Assembly (NCBI GenBank): GCA_963719495.1 | Contig: CAVRCI010000002.1 | Location: 160,001 to 224,000, forward strand | Direction: 5' to 3' | Length of the DNA: 64,000 nucleotides | Source: an uncultured Verrucomicrobiae bacterium | GTDB taxonomy: Bacteria; Verrucomicrobiota; Verrucomicrobiia; Chthoniobacterales; JAATET01 | Part shown: positions 9,389-15,744 of the stretch, piece after piece | Layout: each line of letters opens with the position of its first letter | How positions within the stretch are numbered: the first letter of the stretch is position 1 | Translations under genes and position numbers: made by a program | Notes under the pieces: generated by a model | Seen by the model: only the letters and a program-made list of their open reading frames with translations | What the model was told of the DNA's origin: nothing | Databases searched by the model: none

Positions 9389-9394
9389 GGCTGG

Positions 9395-9422
9395 AAGTTA
9401 CTCTAGCTGGGCCTATCTGCAA
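9395..9422 (-). promoter_or_regulatory. Putative promoter of the DUF433/PIN cassette (leaderless)
   Basis: TTGCAG-N16-TAACTT-N6-ATG. Confidence 0.55.
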
Positions 9423-9439
9423 TCTCATATTGCCTCATG

Positions 9440-9565
9440 CCCTAACGTCAAGCTCAGTCACCCCGAACGGGCGATCTGAGACTCCTTGTGATCAACTGCC
9501 GGCAGAATGTTCGCGCAACCACAGGAGCGAAGCGGCTAGGGGTTGGCTGCAGCGCCTTGTTAGGC
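9440..9565 (-). repeat. attC site (class C, with point changes in the L' arm)
   Basis: tcagtcaccccg instead of tcagccaccctg. Confidence 0.92.
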
Positions 9566-9985
9566 CGCATTGTATGTGTGTCCTACAGTTTGAACGAGCT
9601 GTGAGAAGAGATCGCTATCATCCTGAATCATTTGTTCAGCGCTTATGAGTCTTGCGGATTTCCCGGCTCCAGTCTTCGTGAATCTGACGCAAATCTGAAA
9701 GATATGAGTAATCTGCATGGGGGTTCTAGATCGCGGCCAGCTACGCTCGTAGAAAACAAAATATGTTGCTTCTTCGTTGCGGAGCTGTCCGGTCCTCAGA
9801 TGCTCTGATTCAGTGGCGCTGATCTTGTCCGATATGTCTGTTGAATCAATTCCATCGGGGATGGATAGGAAAAAGAGCTTTCCATAAATTTCTGGGAGGA
9901 TCTCTAGCTCTGATGAATTCATCATTCCAATCGGATCTCCAACTCCGGCGATCGAATATCTCTGGGTTGCGAGAATGTATGTCAT
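9560..9985 (-). CDS. Cassette 11: hypothetical protein (141 aa)
   Basis: ORF fills the cassette; stop lies in R''. Confidence 0.7.
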   Translation of the reverse strand: MTYILATQRYSIAGVGDPIGMMNSSELEILPEIYGKLFFLSIPDGIDSTDISDKISATESEHLRTGQLRNEEATYFVFYERSWPRSRTPMQITHIFQICVRFTKTGAGKSARLISAEQMIQDDSDLFSQLVQTVGHTYNAA

Positions 9986-9994
9986 AAATTTTTG

Positions 9995-10121
9995 GCCTAA
10001 CGTCAAGCTCAGCCACCCTGAGCGGGTGACCGAGCCAATCTTGAGGTGAGCTGCCGGTAGCGGGTTCGAGTAACCCCAGCCAGCGAAGCGGCTAGGGGTT
10101 GGCTGCAGCGCCTTGTTAGGC
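9995..10121 (-). repeat. attC site (class A)
   Basis: Conserved attC ends. Confidence 0.95.
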
Positions 10122-10123
10122 CC

Positions 10124-10381
10124 TCATTTGTCAGCGGACGCGAACGCAAGGATCTTCACATGGCGATCAGCGAAGTCGATCCAGTAGTGTATCGCGAAGC
10201 CGTCAATCACTGAAACATCCAGCAGTCGACCTGTAGAATCGTTCTCGGAGAAGTCCGAATGGCTATCCGGTGATTCCCGAATTCTGTCAAAATGAGTTAG
10301 TAGTCTTAGACGCTTTCGCTTCGTCAGGGAGTCGATATCTCGAACTACTTCAAGATCCACCAGTAGCTTATATGATCTCAA
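10124..10381 (-). CDS. Cassette 10: probable RelE-like toxin (85 aa)
   Basis: Downstream member of a small two-gene pair; basic N-terminus and a C-terminal beta-rich FAIHYWID..D..VKIL. Confidence 0.65.
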   Translation of the reverse strand: MRSYKLLVDLEVVRDIDSLTKRKRLRLLTHFDRIRESPDSHSDFSENDSTGRLLDVSVIDGFAIHYWIDFADRHVKILAFASADK

Positions 10382-10383
10382 CT

Positions 10384-10578
10384 CTAGTTCTGATAGCGCT
10401 TCTTCAAGTCATCGAGCTCAATCCAATTGTTCGAGTCCCCGTCGTCAATCTTGTCCGACATACGTTGCTTGAATGTGCCGTCTCTGTTCGCTTGGATTGA
10501 TACGATGTATGCGACTAATTGGCGCTGCTCGCCCACCTCAAGATGTGCGATTTCGTCTTTGAGTTGGTTGAAGGACAT
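10384..10578 (-). CDS. Cassette 10: probable antitoxin (64 aa)
   Basis: Small ORF upstream of the toxin; C-terminal WIELDDLKK is typical of addiction-module antidotes. Confidence 0.65.
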   Translation of the reverse strand: MSFNQLKDEIAHLEVGEQRQLVAYIVSIQANRDGTFKQRMSDKIDDGDSNNWIELDDLKKRYQN

Positions 10579-10583
10579 CCCTT

Positions 10584-10612
10584 ACAGTGATTTTGGAAAT
10601 CTCGCGTGTCAA
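10584..10612 (-). promoter_or_regulatory. Putative promoter of cassette 10 (leaderless)
   Basis: TTGACA-N17-CACTGT-N5-ATG. Confidence 0.55.
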
Positions 10613-10623
10613 GCTCGTATATG

Positions 10624-10749
10624 GCCTAACGTCAAGCTCAGCCACCCTGAGCGGGCGTTTGTGTTCGACCGATGTCCGGCTGGAAGTTGTGGGTCCGCGC
10701 AACCCAAGCCGCGAAGCGGCTAGGGGTTGGCTGCAGCGCCTTGTTGGGC
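10624..10749 (-). repeat. attC site (class D, unique central arm)
   Basis: Conserved ends, 126 bp. Confidence 0.93.
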
Positions 10750-11080
10750 TAGCAACCGCCCAAAACTACTGAAGGCGATCTTATCTCGTTGCCAACCCCT
10801 TCGTATCAATACCGAAGGCTTTTGAATTGTAAGCGATCCTATTTGAACGTTGGCATCGAATTCGGAATCACCCATGTGCGTGTGCAATTGTTGTGGGCAG
10901 ATGACGCTGATCTCAACATCACATTTTTCATCCATCGGAGATTATTGCTTGTTGCCGAGTGAGAATATGACCGGATCAAAAGTTGTCGCCGATGAAGTAT
11001 CAAATATTACTCGTCCGAGCATCAGACGGTTGCGGAATGCTGCGGCATCCGGAAGTCTGACTTGTATTTTCAGGATTCAT
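10750..11080 (-). pseudogene. Cassette 9: degraded ORF
   Basis: The ATG at 11080 is out of frame with the longer frame ILKIQVRL...GNKQ*SPMDEK..., which itself contains an internal TAA. Confidence 0.5.
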
Positions 11081-11083
11081 CGA

Positions 11084-11210
11084 GCCCAACGTCAAGCTCA
11101 GCCACCCTGAGCGGGCAATCAAGCCAACCCTGAGGTGAGCTGCCAGTAGAGGGAACGAGCAACCCCAGCCAGCGAAGCGGCTAGGGGTTGGCTGCAGCGC
11201 CTTGTTAGCC
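11084..11210 (-). repeat. attC site (class A)
   Basis: Conserved attC ends. Confidence 0.95.
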
Positions 11211-11215
11211 TGAAT

Positions 11216-11743
11216 TCAATTTCTTCGCATATGTTTAGAGGCAGACCCAAGAACTTCTGAGATATCTCCCAAAGCTTTGGTGGTGATGTCATAGACCACT
11301 GTTTTGGATGTTCGACTTTCGAATACGGCCGCCTCATGGCAACCGAAGCATATTAGAAGTGAGTATCCAGCACTTTCAGCATTCCATATGATCATATAGT
11401 CCGCGTGAAATCAGCCGCAGCTTTTCGGGCCACTGTATGGCCTCAGAGCTATAGCATTCGTCAAAATCCTATTTAATTGTTCCGTCCCTTTTTTGTCGAC
11501 CTGAACTGGCTTGCTGTAGAAGTAGAAATCAAGAGACGTAAACAAGAGCTCCTCAGATAAATCTCTTTTGTATTGAGCCCTGTGTTTCCGTGGGTTTGGT
11601 AAACCTTCGAACACCTTGATTGAGTCTGCAGAAGAAATGAATTCCTGAAACCAAATCCGATTGGTTTCAGAGAAAATTGCGTCTTCGCTATAGGAAACGC
11701 AAATGGTTCCGGCGAGTGCGATGATGGTGAGCAACTTTCTCAT
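11216..11743 (-). pseudogene. Cassette 8: secreted protein interrupted by an in-frame TGA at 11411-11413
   Basis: ...PKSCG*FHADYMIIW...ICFGCHE...; the frame stays open for 64 more codons to the cassette end. Confidence 0.8.
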
Positions 11744-11744
11744 A

Positions 11745-11873
11745 GGCTAACGTCAAGCTCAGCCACCCTGAGCGGGGCTACGAACGTCTAGGCAAGGTGT
11801 TTGCCGGAAGGGGATCGGTCGGCCAAGGCTTGCCTCTGGTCGGCTAGGGGTTGGCTGCAGCGCCTTGTTCGTC
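11745..11873 (-). repeat. attC site (class B)
   Basis: Conserved attC ends. Confidence 0.95.
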
Positions 11874-12215
11874 GGAAACGGTGACTGCACAATGGAGGAC
11901 CAGAGCGTCCGACAGGCCGACGATGGTCAAATCCAGCAAGCGGCTTCGTTAGAGCATTCAGTAGAAGAGGCTTCTGTGGTCCAGATTGACTTCGCATTAT
12001 AAATATATTGCTCGTGACACGAGAAGGGCGGAACGGATTCTGGATGGATCTACTCAGGCCGCGTGAGCGCCCCAAGCGTGCATGGCAGGCGAATAATTCT
12101 TGGGGCCGAATCGGGAGTGATCAATGAAAAACCAGAATCGTGCTCAATCGTATGCCGAAGGGAATCGAGCAACTCTGAACTTTCCCTTGATCTTAACTCC
12201 AATAAATCAGGCGAA
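11751..12215 (-). other. Cassette 7, family X gene-less cassette (465 bp)
   Basis: One of 7 colinear copies. Confidence 0.9.
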
Positions 12216-12335
12216 CGTCAAGCTCAGCCACCCTGAGCGGGCAATCAAGCCAACCCTGAGGTGAGCTGCCAATAGCGGGTCCGCGCAACCCCCGCCGCGA
12301 AGCGGCTAGGGGTTGGCTGCAGCGCCTTGTTCGAC
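12210..12335 (-). repeat. attC site (class A/D hybrid)
   Basis: One half A-like, the other D-like. Confidence 0.93.
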
Positions 12336-12829
12336 GCGCATTTGTTCAAACTACGCATATCGTGACTTCCTCAAGCCAACCCCTCCGTATTTCTACCGAA
12401 GGCACTCCAATAATGAAGATCAAACCTTCGAAGAGGCTTCGCGATTGGAATCACTGAAATGCGATTGGAAGATTGTAGAGAGTAGAGCCTGAATTGGAGC
12501 GGGGGACTTGGGATCGAGCTCACAAATATCCGCCTGGAAGATTGTATAGGGGTAGAGGCTGTAGTTGAATAGAAAGGGGGTATCAAGCTCACAAATAGAA
12601 GCTTGGAACGATTGTTGGGACATCTGGTGACTTCCGAACGATTGGTCGAAAATCAAAATATTCTACCCGTTGAGAAACTGTGTTGGTCGCCTAGGCCCCG
12701 ATCCTCCGTCCTACGCTGGTCGAAAAAATAGAACCCGACCGCTTGAAACAAGACGTGGTGTCCCCTGACGGCGTCCGAATATGTGAGAGCGAAATATAGT
12801 CATCCGCCGGAGGCTCACAATGAGTCGAA
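12216..12829 (-). other. Cassette 6 (W): 614 bp, no convincing gene, internal 69-bp repeats
   Basis: TGGAA(C)GATTG recurs at 12466, 12535 and 12604; 5' motif shared with family Z. Confidence 0.7.
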
Positions 12830-12950
12830 CGTCAAGCTCAGCCACCCTGAGCGGGCGACCAAGCCAACCCTGAGGTGAGCTGCCGGTAGCGGGACCGAGC
12901 AACCCCAGCCAGCGAAGCGGCTAGGGGTTGGCTGCAGCGCCTCGTTCGGT
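12824..12950 (-). repeat. attC site (class A)
   Basis: Conserved attC ends. Confidence 0.95.
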
Positions 12951-13492
12951 CTGTATTTCCCACACCCGTTTAGTGATCCGAAGCATGTCTTCATGTATCT
13001 CTACATCATTCTTTATGAATGCGTTGGGAATGTGGTGCGAAAACGACATACCGATCTTTTGGAGGATTTTCCTGCTGGAATGATTCCATACTGCGTGTGT
13101 TGCAGAAATTTCGGTGGCGTGGAGAACACGGAATCCGAATGATAGAATGCACCTGCATGCTTCAGTCATATATCCTCGGTTTTGAAATAATGGATGGGTC
13201 CAGAATCCTATGTCCCAGATATCTGAGTTCGGAGAGCAACTCGTCCGATGCGCTTTCCGTTGTCGAGATCACATATGGTAAATACGAAAGCAGTTCCTAA
13301 GTCCCATGCAATCTTGTTATTTTGGAAGGGTTTTAATAGCTCGTCCATCGAATCAGGCGGATCCCTGCGCATCCCATCGCAAAAATTTGGATGACGACTA
13401 GCAGAAAATACAAATTGAATATCTTCTCTTGTGAACTTCCGCAGAACTAAGCGATCGGTTAGCAAGATTGTGTCCGATGGAATTATTTTCAT
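12921..13492 (-). pseudogene. Cassette 5: RimJ/RimL-type GNAT acetyltransferase, frameshifted near 13225
   Basis: LTDRLVLRKF...IGRV.L in one frame; IWDIGFWTHP.FQNRGYMTEA...N.SS..IL.K.GM in another. Confidence 0.85.
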
Positions 13493-13495
13493 GAG

Positions 13496-13622
13496 ACCGA
13501 ACGTCAAGCTCAGCCACCCTGAGCGGGCAATCGAGCCAACCCCCGGGTGAGCTGCCGGTAACGGGTTCGAGCAACCCCAGCCAGCGAAGCGGCTAGGGGT
13601 TGGCTGCAGCGCCTTGTTCGGA
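13496..13622 (-). repeat. attC site (class A)
   Basis: Conserved attC ends. Confidence 0.95.
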
Positions 13623-13897
13623 TCCGCCCGTCCGTGGTCCCGTCGAATCTGCTATCTACAGCCTTGCTCATTGTCTAGCCGACTGATGATCGAACCATAC
13701 CAACGAGTGACACTGATGCGGGTCGATGGGGAAATACGCAACGCATGGGCTCGGTAAAAATACCCTGGTTTGGGCCTTCGGATACTCAACGCAACGTCAT
13801 TGTGAACACTTTCCGAATACGCCAATTTTATACAAAGCAAATCACGAACGATCTTTTTTGCAATTTGGGCGTCCAGAAACTGGGGCATAGGTCCGAA
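13502..13897 (-). other. Cassette 4, family Y (396 bp; doubtful 78-aa ORF at 13652-13888)
   Basis: Homologous to the other Y copies. Confidence 0.85.
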
Positions 13898-14020
13898 CGT
13901 CAAGCTCAGCCACCCTAAGCGGAGCAACGAACGTCTAGGCAAGGTGTTTGCCGGAAGGGGATCGGTCGGCCAAGGCTTGGCGCAGGCCGGCTAGGGGTTG
14001 GCTGCAGCGCCTTGTTCGTC
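13892..14020 (-). repeat. attC site (class B)
   Basis: Conserved attC ends. Confidence 0.95.
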
Positions 14021-14362
14021 GGAAACGGTGACTGCACAATGGAGGACCCGATCGTCCGACAGGCCCACGATGGTCAAACCCAGCAAGCGGCTTCGTTAGA
14101 GCATTCAGTAGAAGAGGCTTCTGTGGTCCAGATTGACTTCGCATTATGAATATATTGCTCGTGACACGAGAAGGGCGGAACGGATTCTGGATGGATCTAC
14201 TCATGCCGCGTGAGCGCCCCAAGCGTGCATGGCAGGCGAATAATTCTTGGGGTCGAATCGGGAGTGATCAATAGAAAACCAGAATCGTGCTCAACCGTAT
14301 GCCGAAGGGAATCGAACAACTCTGAACCTTCCCTTGATCTCAACCCCAATAAATCAGGCGAA
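13898..14362 (-). other. Cassette 3, family X gene-less cassette (465 bp)
   Basis: One of 7 colinear copies. Confidence 0.9.
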
Positions 14363-14483
14363 CGTCAAGCTCAGCCACCCTGAGCGGGCAGTCGAGCCAA
14401 CCCTGAGGTGAACTGCCAGTAGAGGGTCCGAGCAACCCCAGCCAGCGAAGCGGCTAGGGGTTGGCTGCAGCGCCTTGTTCGGC
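14357..14483 (-). repeat. attC site (class A)
   Basis: Conserved attC ends. Confidence 0.95.
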
Positions 14484-14484
14484 T

Positions 14485-15006
14485 TCACCGTGGTCCTTCA
14501 TACTGTAGACTCTTCCTTATACTGGAGCGAACGCCAAATTCTATATTTGTCAAAATATCATCAATCTTCCACTCGTCCTCGATTCGGTGTAGCACAAGAA
14601 TATCAGTCCAAAATCGATCAGCGAGCGGTGGCTTGCCGCTAAAGCGAACTGTTGCGTAGGCTCGATCAGTAGCGGTAATGACGACTACTACTTCGACAAA
14701 GTTTCCGCCCTCCAAGAGGTTTGTAAAGAGGGGGCCTTCGTCCGGTGGAGGTTTGAGTTCCCTATATTTTTCTGGATTCCGTAGCGCGGCTTCTGTCCAA
14801 GCGTCCACGGTATCCTGTGCCGAAGCTATCGCGGCGCAGAAGCTCGGAGTAAGTGCTTCGAGACAATGTGCAATATCCTTCTGTTCAACCGTCCCTCGGA
14901 TTTCGAGTGCTTGCTTCTCTCTATAAAAGTTGTTGATCAGTGTTTCGATATCGCTTGCTCGAGCATCAGTTGTCCAAAGCAGTAAAATAAAAAAATATGC
15001 CTTCAT
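14485..15006 (-). CDS. Cassette 2: secreted protein, DUF3828/YbjP-like
   Basis: Signal peptide MKAYFFILLLWTTDARA; C-terminal WTDILVL....EWKIDDI motif. Confidence 0.7.
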   Translation of the reverse strand: MKAYFFILLLWTTDARASDIETLINNFYREKQALEIRGTVEQKDIAHCLEALTPSFCAAIASAQDTVDAWTEAALRNPEKYRELKPPPDEGPLFTNLLEGGNFVEVVVVITATDRAYATVRFSGKPPLADRFWTDILVLHRIEDEWKIDDILTNIEFGVRSSIRKSLQYEGPR

Positions 15007-15019
15007 GTGGAAATCCAAA

Positions 15020-15148
15020 GCCGAACCTCAAGCTCAGCCACCCTGAGCGGGGCAACGAACGTCTAGGAAAGGTGTTTGCGGGAGGGGGATCGGTCGGCCA
15101 AGGCTTGCCGTAGGCCGGCTAGGGGTTGGCTGCAGCGCCTTGTTCGTC
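15020..15148 (-). repeat. attC site (class B)
   Basis: Conserved attC ends. Confidence 0.95.
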
Positions 15149-15490
15149 GAAAGAGGTGACTGCACGATGGAGGACCCGATCGTCCGACAGGCCGACGATG
15201 GTCAAACCCAGCAAGCGGCTTCGTTAGAGCATTCACTCGAAGAGGCTTCTGTGGTCCAGATTGACTACGCATTATAAATATATTGCTCGTGACAAGAGCA
15301 GGCCGCAACGCATTCTGGATGGATCTACTCATGCCGCGTGAGCGCCCCAAGCGTGCATGGCAGGCGAATAATCGTTGGCGTCGAATCGGGAATGATCAAT
15401 AGAAAACCAGAATCGTGCTCAATCGTATACCGAAGGGAATCGAGCAAATCTGAACTTTTCCTTGATCTAAACTCCAATAGATCAGGCGAA
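15026..15490 (-). other. Cassette 1, family X gene-less cassette (465 bp), first position after attI
   Basis: One of 7 colinear copies. Confidence 0.9.
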
Positions 15491-15540
15491 CAGTATATTG
15501 GATGGAATTTTGGTTTCCGAGATAGGTGGGGGTTTGTTGT
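15485..15540 (-). promoter_or_regulatory. attI recombination site (crossover G/TT at 15491/15490; upstream limit approximate)
   Basis: The first X cassette starts GTTCGCC but is preceded by ...TCCATCCAATATACT instead of the attC ...GCTGAGCTTGAC; lies 5' of intI. Confidence 0.85.
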
Positions 15541-15744
15541 TTGGGGTGAGTTGGCGGCGCGATTGCGAAAGTAGTCAAGGAGAATGAGGTAACGCGCGGC
15601 GCGACGTTCCCTACCCAATTGGTAACCAGTCGACTTTTTCGTAACCACGGCCGTGAGTTGGGGGGAGTTGGAGAATCTTCTCGTCTTGTTGGATTTGCAT
15701 GAGATAGATGGAATTATGCATATTGCAATTGTGGTGGTTTTGAA

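Noticed and set aside
11411..11413. Selenocysteine codon
   Set aside because: The context suggests Gly rather than Cys at this position and I did not identify a SECIS; nonsense mutation is more parsimonious
585..13942. ORF-track N-terminal extensions such as ...RSGWLSLTFG, MAELDVR and plus-strand ...ERQAQPP
   Set aside because: These are translations of attC sequence; real starts are the ATGs just after R'
432..15148. CRISPR array interpretation of the regularly recurring repeats
   Set aside because: The repeats are 126-129-bp attC hairpins separated by 270-560-bp cassette bodies, next to intI; no cas genes are present
871..15350. Repeated 95-aa ORF MGRSRG... as a real protein family
   Set aside because: It starts mid-cassette, mostly at TTG, its last third is attC sequence, and one copy has an internal stop; not fully excluded without dN/dS or Ribo-seq
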